A stretch of DNA of 63,733 bases, filler included, from Octopus bimaculoides (Eukaryota), in assembly GCF_001194135.2 (NCBI RefSeq). It is 7 parts of 7 records of this genome, joined end to end, with 100 filler letters (N's around TTAATTAATTAA, not from the genome) between each part and the next. Parts side by side here need not be neighbours in the genome. Positions count along the whole stretch, not along the records: positions 39,770 to 57,180 come from NC_068996.1; positions 57,281 to 60,740 come from NC_068987.1; positions 60,841 to 62,373 come from NW_026338147.1; 4 more parts are not named here. One strand, written 5' to 3'. The notes beneath the pieces are model-generated. The model saw only the letters and a program-made list of their open reading frames with translations, searched no databases and was not told the origin of the DNA. Every line of letters begins with the position of its first letter. The first letter of the stretch is position 1. This document shows, one piece after another, positions 48,738-62,373 of this stretch. The position numbers were made by a program, and so were the translations under genes.

Positions 48738-51316
48738 ATAAAAATCTGCCTATTAAATGTTGCATATTCCCCTCTGAGTGTATCAACAAATCAGCATCAT
48801 CAGCATAAAGTAGTTCTCTGACAAGTGTTTTGAAAGTCTTTGCTTTGCAGTTAAACCGGCTCAAATTAAAAATACGTCTAGATGTCCAAAATCTGATTCC
48901 GATTACCCTGTTGCAATCCTTGAAAGCATACCAAAGTAATGAAGCAAAAATAAATAGAGAAAAGTGTAGGGGCAGGAATATCACCCTGTTTGACACCGTT
49001 GTCCACCGAAAATTCATGAGATAGCTCGCCATTAAAAGACTACCTGAGCTTTCATGTTTCTGTGTAGTTCCTTAAAGATACTCACAAAATGTGTTGGACA
49101 ACCAAGCTTACACAAAACAATCCACAGTACCCCCTTGTTTACAGTGTCAAGTGCTTTAGTTAAATCTATGAAGACTTGGTATAGTGGCATTTGTTCCTCT
49201 AAGCATTTCTCTTGAACCTGCCTCACAGAAAATATCATTCTATTGTTCCTCGCTCAGGTCTGTTCTTCAGGAATCATATGTGGACAAACATTCTCAACAA
49301 GACCATCTAGCATGATCCTTGAAAGTATCTTCCCGATATGTGCCAGAAGAGTTATCACTCTAGAATTACCACACACTGCTTTCGGGTCCTTACCCTTGTA
49401 TACAGAGATTAGAATGCCATTTATCCATTCTTGTGGCACAGAAGATTCATTCCAAACTCAAGTTATCAGGTTATGAATTTCAGATGAAATATGATACTCA
49501 CCTGCTTTCAGAATTTCAACTAGAATACCATTCAATCCAAGAGCTTTACCTGATCCCAGTTTACATAATGCCAGATTTACTTCTTCAATGGAAGGTGTAT
49601 CATACATGTGTTGCATTATCTCTCTTTGTGGAATGTTGTATATGATATCCATGTTCACTACAGATGATTTGTGGAAAAGATCTGCAAAGTGTTCTCTCCA
49701 TCTATTCATTATTCCAGGAGGATCTTTAATAACCTCATTTTCATTTTTCAACTTCAAGAGAACATACGGTGTTGAAGATTGTGGTCCAAAAGCTTGCCGC
49801 AATAAACTATAAAACCTTTTAATGTCCTTCCTGTCATAGGCTGCTGTACTTCCTCAGACAAACTTATCTGCCAAGTGTCTTTAAGCCTCCTGAGTTCTTT
49901 TTGCAAGTCTGCTTTCTGAGACTTGTACAACTTTTCAATCATGTGACCTTCCTTTGATCTTGGGTAAATCCAGGTAACTTTGTTTCATCTTTTGATGAAA
50001 CAAAGTATTCCCAACAATCAACCCTATCTCAGAGCACATTTGTTCACCAATGTTGTTCACCTTTCCTATTCCATAACGCCCAAGTACATTCCAAGCGCCA
50101 TAGTTTGTACCAACACATGCATTAAAGTCACCAAGCACAACCAACTTCTCATTCAAAGGCACTGACAGAATACTTCTTCTAATCTCTTCATAAAATGCAT
50201 GGATATTTTCCTCACTAGCTGGAAGAATAGGAGCATAAATAGAGAAAACAGTTACAAAATGCCCACAAGAAAAGAAAGAGGAATCCGGAGTTTCATTCTG
50301 CTTGTATTTATGCTTTGTGGTTGTTCTAGGTTTTTTAGCAAATCACTTCTAATTGCAAACCCAACACCATCTACCCTTTTCTCTCCCTTCGGTTTCCCAA
50401 CCCAGAATAATGTGAAACCTGCTGCTCTTTCGACAAGATGATCTTCATCGGAACATCTTGTTTCAGAAAGAGCTGCAATATCAACATTAAAACACCTTAG
50501 CTCCTTGGTCACTAGTGCTGTGCTTCTTTCAGGCTTATCTGCTCGATCTAAAAGAGTTCTCACATTACAACAGGCCAGGTTAAGAGAAACCTTATTCCTT
50601 GCATACTTGTTCTCATTGTTTATATCAATTCTTTGTTCATTCCTGCTAAATTGAACCACCGTTGGCTGCAGTAAACTAACCAGCAGAAAGAAGACAGACA
50701 ATTTTTAGTGCACCTTTTCTAGCACCTTCCCAGTATATCCAGGTGAGCAGTGTTCTCCTTAAAAGGGCTGCTCAGACACAGAACTCTCCACCAAAAACAG
50801 TTCCTGTCCATGAAAACATGTTAGCGAAGTTAAGAACCCTTATGTGCAGATTTCTAATTGTATGCTTCCAACCGGTCAAGTTTGCATATGTCGCAAAACA
50901 CCTCTATCGCCATAGGGCGTTTGAAAAATGATGATTGTACGATGATGGTATTTTGTTGGGGACATCTGTACTTCATTGGATTTCAGTGACAAATGCTTGT
51001 AAGCACAGCAAGATGACTAGTACTAAGTTGACTGCAGGTTTCATATCTTAGAACCTTCTCCTAGGCTTTTCCTCAAAAGAATTCTACAAGCCAGCAGTGC
51101 TAAGTCAATTTGAATTCAGAGCTTTATTCTCCTCTACTGGTTGTCCTAATCACGGCTTCATTTCAAAACAGGAGCCCAGTCTTCCCCCATCAACAGTCAT
51201 TGCTATGACAGTGCAGCCAATTCAGGCACTGTCATTACCTTGACTTGGTTTTATGTGAGAGTGTCCCTCCCCTAGAAGACTTGCCTTCACCACGGCTAAT
51301 AAGCTTCATCTGCCCT
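48733..51316 (-). pseudogene. RTE/BovB-type LINE: 5' UTR, APE and RT up to YADD; frameshifted and 3'-truncated
   Basis: CNVRTLLD..DIAALSETR..GVGFAI; VLGDFNA; RWREHF; RVITLL; FIDLTKALDTV; ELLYADD (YADD at 48796-48807). Confidence 0.95.
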
Positions 51317-51619
51317 CACACACACACACACACACACACAAAACATGTAGTCATTAAAAGTATAACAAGAATATATATNNNNNNNNNNNNNNNNNNNNNN
51401 NNNNNNNNNNNNNNNNNNNNNNNNNNNNNNNNNNNNNNNNNNNNNNNNNNNNNNNNNNNNNNNNNNNNNNNNNNNNNNNNNNNNNNNNNNNNNNNNNNNN
51501 NNNNNNNNNNNNNNNNNNNNNNNNNNNNNNNNNNNNNNNNNNNNNNNNNNNNNNNNNNNNNNNNNNNNNNNNNNNNNNNNNNNNNNNNNNNNNNNNNNNN
51601 NNNNNNNNNNNNNNNNNTA

Positions 51620-52347
51620 TATATCGATTTAAATGAGAGCTCAAAACTGATCCATTGAAAATACTTTATTATAATAATGATAATGACCTATGATCATTTC
51701 GATGCGATATCCAGATTGATTCATGCATATTATAAAATATGGGATACTGCATCCCCTCAGGGCCTTATTAGTAGCAGGCAGACAATAAAAATAGATAACA
51801 TTCATAGACAACATTCATAGTTGACCTATGAAAACATGAAAAAAACAAGTTGAAAAGACATGAGATGTTATACAACCGTACATCATAACGGTGTTGAAAC
51901 CATGAACATATCAAGCAACACCACTCCATAACAAAACCATTGTACTACACTTTGATATTCTTTGATATCTTGGCATCTGAAGCAGTTGGAAATACGATAG
52001 CTTGACCAAAAGAACCGGTTATTGCAAGCAAAATATATTATTGAATCATTTGCTTGATATGTTCACGGTTTCAACACCGTTATGATGTACGGTTGTATAA
52101 CATCTCATGTCTTTTCAACTTGCTTTTTTTGCATGTTTTCATAGGTCAACTATGAATGTTGTATATGAATGTTATCTATTTTTATTGTCTGCCTGCTACT
52201 AATAAGGCCCTGAGGAGATGCAGTATCCCATATTTTATAATATGCATGAATCAATCTGGATATTGCATCGAAATGACCATAGGTCATCATTATTATAATA
52301 AAGTATTTTCAATGGATTAGTTTTGAGCTCTCATTTAAATCGATATA
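51620..52347. repeat. Long near-perfect inverted repeat, arms 51620-51918 and 52050-52347, 131-bp spacer
   Basis: Base-by-base reverse-complement match with about 8-9 differences by eye. Confidence 0.95.
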
Positions 52348-52742
52348 AATATAAAAACTCACTTGTGAGTATTTTGCTACGTTTGTTAACATATACAATA
52401 TTTTTACCTAATTTTGGTATAAAAATATACACATATGCATACACACAAACACACCTATCTATATACACATAATGCTGGATGGCGGTTGACTTCACATGAG
52501 TTCTTCCGCCCTTTGACAGGTCTTATTTTTCGTCCTGCAGGGTGTCCAACAATCACCCTCCTTACCAAGTAACCTTGGTGGCGTTGGCAGTTTAGTCGCC
52601 AACGACCCGATAATGAAACAGGTTATACTGGGTTACATGTTACCAGTAGCGCTCAAGAGTGATATAAATATATCGCTGCTATTATGTAAAAGTGTCGTAA
52701 GTCCAAAACGTTGCTTTTTTTCTGAGAACGAAAAAATAGTTT

Positions 52743-52869
52743 CACCACTCCATAACAAAACCATTGTACTACTCTTTGATATTTTTTGATATCTTGGCAT
52801 CTGAAGCAGCTGGAAATACGATAGCTTGGCCAAAAGAACCGGTTATTGCAAGCAAAATTTATTATTGAA
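52743..52869 (+). repeat. Direct copy of the palindrome spacer (51919-52045)
   Basis: 127-bp match with 5 mismatches by eye. Confidence 0.95.
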
Positions 52870-52979
52870 AAAAAACAAAAAAGAACGCATTTGACCAAAT
52901 TTGGACATACGACAGTTTAATATGACAGCAACAATGTGTGTGTGTGTATGTGCGCGCGCGCGCGTGTTGCGTGTGTATG

Positions 52980-54400
<1,421 letters not shown>

Positions 54401-54417
54401 GCATACGCACACACTCC

Positions 54418-54448
<31 letters not shown>

Positions 54449-54477
54449 TAACACACGCACCTTCTATCTTTTATCTT

Positions 54478-54692
54478 TATCTTTTACTTGTTTCAGTCAT
54501 TAGACTACAGCTATTCTGGGGTCATGCCTTGAAGAATTCTTAGTCGAATATATCAACTCCAGAACTTCTTTGTAAAGCCTTCCACTTATTCTATCGATTA
54601 TTTAGATCGAATCGCAAGCTTACGGGGATGTAAATACACCAACACCGGTTGTCAAGGGTGGTGAGACCCAAACATCGACACAAAGACGCACG

Positions 54693-54737
<45 letters not shown>
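54478..54737 (-). mobile_element. Family B SINE 3' half
   Basis: TCTTTTACTTGTTTCAGTCATT..TACGGGGATGTAAATACACCAACACCGGTTGTCAAG..(CA)n. Confidence 0.8.
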
Positions 54738-56580
54738 NNNNNNNNNNNNNNNNNNNNNNNNNNNNNNNNNNNNNNNNNNNNNNNNNNNNNNNNNNNNNNN
54801 NNNNNNNNNNNNNNNNNNNNNNNNNNNNNNNNNNNNNNNNNNNNNNNNNNNNNNNNNNNNNNNNNNNNNNNNNNNNNNNNNNNNNNNNNNNNNNNNNNNN
54901 NNNNNNNNNNNNNNNNNNNNNNNNNNNNNNNNNNNNNNNNNNNNNNNNNNNNNNNNNNNNNNNNNNNNNNNNNNNNNNNNNNNNNNNNNNNNNNNNNNNN
55001 NNNNNNNNNNNNNNNNNNNNNNNNNNNNNNNNNNNNNNNNNNNNNNNNNNNNNNNNNNNNNNNNNNNNNNNNNNNNNNNNNNNNNNNNNNNNNNNNNNNN
55101 NNNNNNNNNNNNNNNNNNNNNNNNNNNNNNNNNNNNNNNNNNNNNNNNNNNNNNNNNNNNNNNNNNNNNNNNNNNNNNNNNNNNNNNNNNNNNNNNNNNN
55201 NNNNNNNNNNNNNNNNNNNNNNNNNNNNNNNNNNNNNNNNNNNNNNNNNNNNNNNNNNNNNNNNNNNNNNNNNNNNNNNNNNNNNNNNNNNNNNNNNNNN
55301 NNNNNNNNNNNNNNNNNNNNNNNNNNNNNNNNNNNNNNNNNNNNNNNNNNNNNNNNNNNNNNNNNNNNNNNNNNNNNNNNNNNNNNNTTTTTTTTTCACC
55401 AAATAATTGAACTATCGAGAAAGTTTATGTTTCCGATTAACGTAGGAACAGAAAACGAAACTGAAAGCTGGTTATTGTGGAGGTCGTTGCACTTTAATGA
55501 CCATGGAACATATAAGTTTGCAAGCGATGCAAAGCAGAGCTACTGAAGTTTTTTGGGAGTAGATTACGGATAACGACTACAAAATATAGGTGTTTTACAT
55601 GAAAGTTAAATTTCGTGTCAGAAACAGCCACATAAATGGCGTTATGAGATTGAAGGAAAACATTGAAACTTCCCCTCTGCGGGTTTATTTTATTCAACAG
55701 CAAAGGGAGCTATTTTTTCGGAGAGAAGTATGATTGGTACGTTCAAAAGTGGCAATATAATACCTACTTGAAAAAGTAGAGTTAGAGGAATGTATTTGCT
55801 ACGTGCTTACAGTGCACGAACACTCTGAAACTGACTTCAGGTAACAAAAATTGAAGATATGAAGAGTTTGACTTCAATTCACGAATACTGCTTTGAATCT
55901 TAAGCAGTTCGCAGTGAAAAGATGTCGCTTTCGAAACATCCTAAAGGATGGGTAAATAAACATCCTTAAAGTGAAACAACCCATTGGCAGGTAAACAAAG
56001 GTATCAACAAATAGAAGAGAGGGAAGGAAACATCACTTGTCAAGTAACTCAGAATAGGTAAAGGTAATCTTGCCAAAGTTTAATGCGGTTTAAATATGGA
56101 GATTAAGATTGTTTGGTATTGGATATTTATCGCGTACAGTGTTCCTAGTCAATTTAATCACCGTCGCAGGTGGACAGTCGAAATAAATAAATAGACAAAA
56201 TCCTTTCACTTTTATAATATTCTCTAACCAAGTAATAATACACAACTACAACATATAAATAAATAATAAATCAAAAATATGTGAAAACCACAAAAAATTA
56301 TTTTCTAATGCCAATATACGACTATATATATTAGAAAAGTATGGAAGACCCTACATACAAAACAACTATGTACATACAACGAATTAGCGAAAAATCTGTG
56401 TAAACGATCATTTTTCCCGGTTTGTCTATTTAAGCGGTACTCTGGGTAAAATGTAATAGTGCATGACCATCCTTGGGACATAAGTAATGTGTATGTAAAA
56501 TGTGGTGAAAATGAGAATTGTGGAAATGTATGCGTTAGTCAATATACACACACACTGTGATTTATATATACTAGATATAG

Positions 56581-57180
56581 TGAACTTTTAAATTCCGTAC
56601 GTTAATAACTTTGCCAAATCTCTCTCCATTTTAACATTTTTCTCTCTCTTTCCCTCTCTTTTTCTCGTTTACCAGCATACCTAATTATAAATCCTTCCTT
56701 CTCCACATTCAATACAACTTCAAAAAACACCAGTACTCCACCCGGATTACCACTGGATCTTCGTACTCTTTCGGAATCTATCTCCACAGATCTCACTGGC
56801 TATTTTCGTTGATGTAAATCGCTCTAATCTACCACGATTTTTGAACTTTCTGAACTTGCTGTACGTTAATAATTTTGCCATTCTCTCTCCATTTTAACTT
56901 TTTTCTCTCTCTTTCTCCTTTTTTCTGATTTTTTTTCTGGCATGCCTAACTATAAATCCTTCCTCTTCCACCTTCACCACCGCCTAAAACAAACCCTCAC
57001 CGTGTTGGACCGTTCACCTCTGCACATTTTTACTCTCACCATTTTTTTCATTCTCTTTCCATCTTTTTCCTCTTTATACTTTCTGTCGAAGAGCGTGGGC
57101 TCGGAACGTAAAAGACTTTTCCATTTTTCCTGGGCGTTAAACTAATACACCTCACCTGCCTGTTGTTCCTACAGCTGTCT
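56581..57180 (+). mobile_element. Pyrimidine-rich repeat resembling a Penelope-like terminal region, with a ~264-bp-period duplication
   Basis: 56597-56706 aligns with 56861-56971; hammerhead-like motif at 57079. Confidence 0.5.
57079..57114 (+). ncRNA. Degenerate minimal hammerhead-like motif
   Basis: CUUU-CUGUCGA-A-GAGC[GUGG]GCUC-GGAA-CGUA-AAAG: stems pair perfectly, but there are two core substitutions (A6>U, A13>G). Confidence 0.45.
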
Positions 57181-57399
57181 NNNNNNNNNNNNNNNNNNNN
57201 NNNNNNNNNNNNNNNNNNNNNNNNTTAATTAATTAANNNNNNNNNNNNNNNNNNNNNNNNNNNNNNNNNNNNNNNNNNNNTATATATACTAAAATATTAT
57301 TAAAAGATAAATAAAATCCCGCCGATTACTTTAATGAAACAGAAGCTAACATTGCGCAATATCACGACTCTTAACGTCTGGATAGATTGGATAAGCAAC

Positions 57400-57740
57400 T
57401 GAAAATATCTGAATTAGGTACACGTGGTCTTCTTCCTGCAGCTTCTCTCATGGCTGATCTCTCTTGTGCTTGATGAGCAAGTTCTGCTGTAAAATCTACA
57501 AACAAGGAAGATGCTGCAGGGCTGCAGTGTGTTGCATTTCTTCGGCGTTTTGCTTCGAGGGCAAGGATGTTTTCTTCTTCTAGCTGTTTCACTCCTTAGT
57601 TGACTGAGTTTTTCTATGCTGTTGTTTCTTCAGATAACTTTTCCCAAGTCAGAGCCCACGCAATCGTTTATAATGCATTTAGATATTGGCGGACTATTGC
57701 ACTTATTATACTTGCATGCAAACATATATAGTGTCCATTA
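57400..57740 (-). pseudogene. RTE/BovB-type ORF C-terminal fragment
   Basis: TWEKL..*KNSVN*GVKQLEEE..LEAKRRR, then shifted-frame VCRFYSRTCSS..ISHERSC, matching WExLA..GVxxFE..KR..CxxCxRxC..SHxRxC. Confidence 0.7.
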
Positions 57741-57798
57741 TGTGAATCTTCATTGAAATTATTAAAGAAGGCAAAGAAATACATAATGCGTTTAAAAT

Positions 57799-57986
57799 TC
57801 TTGGGGGATGGGGCCAGTCGATTAGGTCGACCCTAGTACGTAACAGGTTCTTAATTTATCGACTCCGAAAGGATGAAATGCAAAGTTGACCTCGGCGGAA
57901 TTTGAACTCAGAACATAACAGCAGACGAAATACCGCTAAGCATTTCGCCCAGCGTGCTAGCGTTTCTGCCAGCTCGCCGCCTTCTT
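57799..57986 (-). mobile_element. Family A SINE with shortened tail and 10-bp TSD
   Basis: TSD CGTTTAAAAT at 57789-57798 and 57987-57996. Confidence 0.9.
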
Positions 57987-59806
57987 CGTTTAAAATATTG
58001 ATATTGTACTTGGTTTAAATATTTTATTTTCGAGAAAAATTACAAATTCCCCTAAACGACAACACTTTCATAGCACCATAGTGACGGTCGGGGCCTCAAG
58101 GTGGTGCTACCATCCAAGTTAAGAACCTTTATATTAATTAAATCAAAAAATTTGTATTTCCTTTCCAAGTGACGTGATCTCAGATAATTCTTCAAGCTAA
58201 AACAGTTACATCGTGGAAAAGATACTTTTTAATATGCTCAAATAATTTTTTATGTTTACTTTCCTTTTAATTCATGATAGTGTTGTGTACAATGAAATGC
58301 AGGATTCAATAATTCCATTTTGTAATCACCCAATTTTATATTTTTTTACACATGTCCATTGCCTACTTGTAATTCATAGCATGTCTTAGAATATAAAAAT
58401 ATCCCAACATATTTTATTGTTACTATTATTGGTAATGGCTGTGTAACCAAATATAAAGCAAATAGTGGCTCAAAATACTATCTAAAAGCAATTAACTGAA
58501 CATAAGCAACAAAGACATTAAATTTGAAAAGATTTGAGAAAAGTCCGAGTTCTGAAGAGAAAACCCCAGAGGATTCCATGTTGCCAATGCTAGCCATATA
58601 AATTATCAAAACGCTTCGTTGTATTTTATTGCCTGGTCAGTCATTGGCAAAATTCGATTGCATTGAATGCAGATATTGATTGTTACTGTACGACAAGACG
58701 TTTGAAGCTTTGTTACATTATACAACAAAGAAATAATAGCGGGGTCCGTGGAAATTCCACGGTATAAATCAGCACATTTGTACATCTGCTTTTCCTTCTG
58801 TCTATTCTCATAATACCAATAAGCATTTAAACCTAATAATGACCCCCCCCCCAAAAAAAAAAGATAAAAATGAATAATGGCAGCATGACCACAGCCTTTC
58901 GTTTAGAACACGTAGAAGGCAAAAGTGTTGCTTCCACAGCTATTTCCTAACTAAGGTTATTTCATTTTAATTTAATCATTTATACATGTTCCTTACATTG
59001 TTTCATTCTGTAAAACGCTTTGACTGTACCTGCGATTTGAACTCAGAAATGCAGAATATTATAGACTTTCCCACTCACTGACTCACTCACTCACTCCCTA
59101 TTCTTAGTCCGCTTTTCTTTTAGTCTCTCCTTTCCACCATTCCCTATATATTTCTCCATTCCGGTTATTACTTCCCTTGATGTAACTAACACATGCAGAA
59201 AACTGACAGACCGCAGGAACAAGGAGAATAATATTATAACTGTTTGTAATTTAGAAAGCTATTATGGTTCTTACACTATGTAATTATCTATTATATCGTG
59301 GTGAAATGTATTCCATTTTCCAACGAAGAGTTAAATTCTGGGGTGAATCAGATTTCATAAACAGAGAAAATATGAAATGCATTGATATATTATTTTTACT
59401 ATGGAAATCTAAATGTTATTCTCCAAGAACTAATTCATTGGTGTTCCATTTGGGAATGATATAGGAAAAAGTTTGCCTTCCGGCTGCTTCTCTTTCGCAT
59501 AGCCTAAAGTATTATGGCGCTATAAGTTATAATACATATTATACACCAAGAAATTAAAATGAAAAACGGTTTCTTGTATTCATAACAAATGCCTAGAAGG
59601 CATGATACTAGCTTATCCCCGATATTTATAGTCTTTGAAATAATGTTCTGTTGAAAACACCGGGGCTTGTAAAGATACCTTTATAGTTTCAACGAAGAAG
59701 GTCACTGAGCGAACATTTTCGAAATCGACTAAACATTCGGTGTCTATTTTGATTCATCTTCTAGGTTATTTCAGAAGATGTCACTCTTTATTCTCTTTCT
59801 CTCCCT

Positions 59807-59848
<42 letters not shown>

Positions 59849-60840
59849 NNNNNNNNNNNNNNNNNNNNNNNNNNNNNNNNNNNNNNNNNNNNNNNNNNNN
59901 NNNNNNNNNNNNNNNNNNNNNNNNNNNNNNNNNNNNNNNNNNNNNNNNNNNNNNNNNNNNNNNNNNNNNNNNNNNNNNNNNNNNNNNNNNNNNNNNNNNN
60001 NNNNNNNNNNNNNNNNNNNNNNNNNNNNNNNNNNNNNNNNNNNNNNNNNNNNNNNNNNNNNNNNNNNNNNNNNNNNNNNNNNNNNNNNNNNNNNNNNNNN
60101 NNNNNNNNNNNNNNNNNNNNNNNNNNNNNNNNNNNNNNNNNNNNNNNNNNNNNNNNNNNNNNNNNNNNNNNNNNNNNNNNNNNNNNNNNNNNNNNNNNNN
60201 NNNNNNNNNNNNGTGTGTGTGTGCAAGTATGTATTCTTGTATGAGAGCGAGAGAGAGAGAGAGAGCGTGTGTGTGCTTCTGTAACTCGTCCGTCTGTAAA
60301 CTTACCCATATAATACAGACTTTTCGATCTAAAGCCGCCCGTGTTAGAGATTCAGCTAAGCTTACAAACATAAGTGTCCTTGCATCAGTGATCATAGGCT
60401 AACATTAATCCGCAAAAGCTACACGCAGGAACCTTTATGCTTTTTTTTTCTCTTTTTTGATCTCTTTCCTTAATTCGGCTGTTTCATCCCAAGGTGTTAG
60501 ACGATCAATAATATAAAGCTAGGCCATCCTTATTTGATGCCGTTTCTTAAATCAGCCCCTTCACCCTCCCAGCCATTTTCTTTTCTGGATACTGAAGCCT
60601 TAACACATACCCATACAGACATACATACACACGAAATACACTCACAGACACACACACGTATATATACAATCATATATATATTCACAAGTACATACACACA
60701 CATACGCACACATATTTATATATATATATATATATATATANNNNNNNNNNNNNNNNNNNNNNNNNNNNNNNNNNNNNNNNNNNNTTAATTAATTAANNNN
60801 NNNNNNNNNNNNNNNNNNNNNNNNNNNNNNNNNNNNNNNN

Positions 60841-61795
60841 TCAACAGGCGCAAAAACAGGTTTTCTTTGTCCTGTCAAAAAGTGATTGATTATCTCCCAT
60901 TGACCAATGACCTAAGCCCCATGTCAGGTTAAGTTCAAATGGACAGGAGCTGACCTATTTAGGTACAAACTCTGCTGCAGGATGTCTGTCCTTCTAGCTG
61001 CCACGATTCTTATAAATTCAGTGGTCAACAAGGCAGACAAGAGGGAGAAGACCCTGGCAGCCAACCGAGGAAGCTCTACGACACAACAGGTTTTGGCAAC
61101 AGCAGAGACCAGAGCAATGTTCGAAGTTTCACGGTAGACTATTGTATCAGATGAACTATGTACACCCACACCCACACACATGCAAACATATTCATTTGTG
61201 ATATATCACTTCTACAGATGTACCCTATTTCTATTTCTAGCAACTCGTAGTAGTTGTCGACACTTTGCATGTAGTGAAGAATTATGTGTACCAACGACAA
61301 ATTAAGTCCAGTGAATAAATTATTTTTAATTATGAATCCATTCGCTCATTTGTTTACTCCAAAGGCATACACATGCCTTTTGCATCTGTTTACCCTGATA
61401 CACATCTAACCACTCCACTTCCTTCTACAAACTTAGATTCGAAACCGAAACCGAATCTAAGAATTCTCAGTCGTCCAAACCACCACAATCAACAGGCGCG
61501 AAAGAAGATTTACTTTGTCCTATCAAAAAAGTGATTGACCTACGACCTCAGCCATGTCAGGCGAAGTTCAAATGGACAGGAGCTGACCTATTTAGGCACA
61601 AACTCTGCTACAGTATGTCTGTCCTTCTAGCTGCCACGGTGGTCAACAGAGAGACGGGCAGACAGGCCTTGGAGGCAGAGAAGAGAGGCCTACATGCCGA
61701 CAGAAGGTTTTTGCATGTTTCTATTTCTAGCAACTCATGACAATTGTCAACGTATGCATGTGGTAAAGAATTATGTGATACACATCTAACCACTA
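60841..61795 (+). repeat. Diverged tandem duplication, period about 648 bp; second copy has internal deletions
   Basis: TCAACAGGCG starts at 60841 and 61489; 33-bp identical block at 60931-60963 and 61564-61596; further matches to GATACACATCTAACCACT. Confidence 0.88.
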
Positions 61796-62183
61796 CAACT
61801 ATATTTTAGATCGGATTTGTTTTTATGCAAACAAACTTGCTATATGCTTTTAGTGGAAATGTTTTTTTTATTACAGTGCCATGATTTACAATCCTCTAAA
61901 TTATAATAACAATGGTATTTTTACATAAGCTTCAAATTTAGGGTGATCACTGTGCAATGACTAAGAAAAATAATTTAATAAAGGGGCATATAAGCCCTTA
62001 ATAGAAAAAAGGAGGCTTTCCTATTCGCATGGGAGTTGAACCCACATCCCTTTAACACAACCAAGTGAGCTACCTTTACCACCAGCGAATATATATATTG
62101 AAGTATATGTGACTGACATATATGTGTATTGTTATGCAATTAAAATAGCTAACTTACACATATTCCCATTATCTTGAAATCAT

Positions 62184-62373
62184 CATAACGTCCGCTTTCC
62201 ATGCTAGCATGGGTTGGACGATTTGACTGAGGACTGGTGAAACCGGATGGCAACACCAGGCTCCAATCTAATTTGGCTGACTTTCTACAGCTGGATGCCC
62301 TTCCTAACGCCAACCACTGAGAAAGTGTAGTGGGTGCTTTTACGTGTCACCCGCACGAAAACAGCCACGCTCG
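62184..62373 (-). mobile_element. Young RTE-type 3' end
   Basis: AACGTCCGCTTTCCATGCTAGCATGGGTTGGACG..GGATGCCCTTCCTAACGCCAACCAC..GTAGTGGGTGCTTTTACGTG. Confidence 0.88.

Noticed and set aside
52633-52898. Short ORFs overlapping the spacer-source sequence
   Set aside because: No recognisable domain in any frame; not called coding
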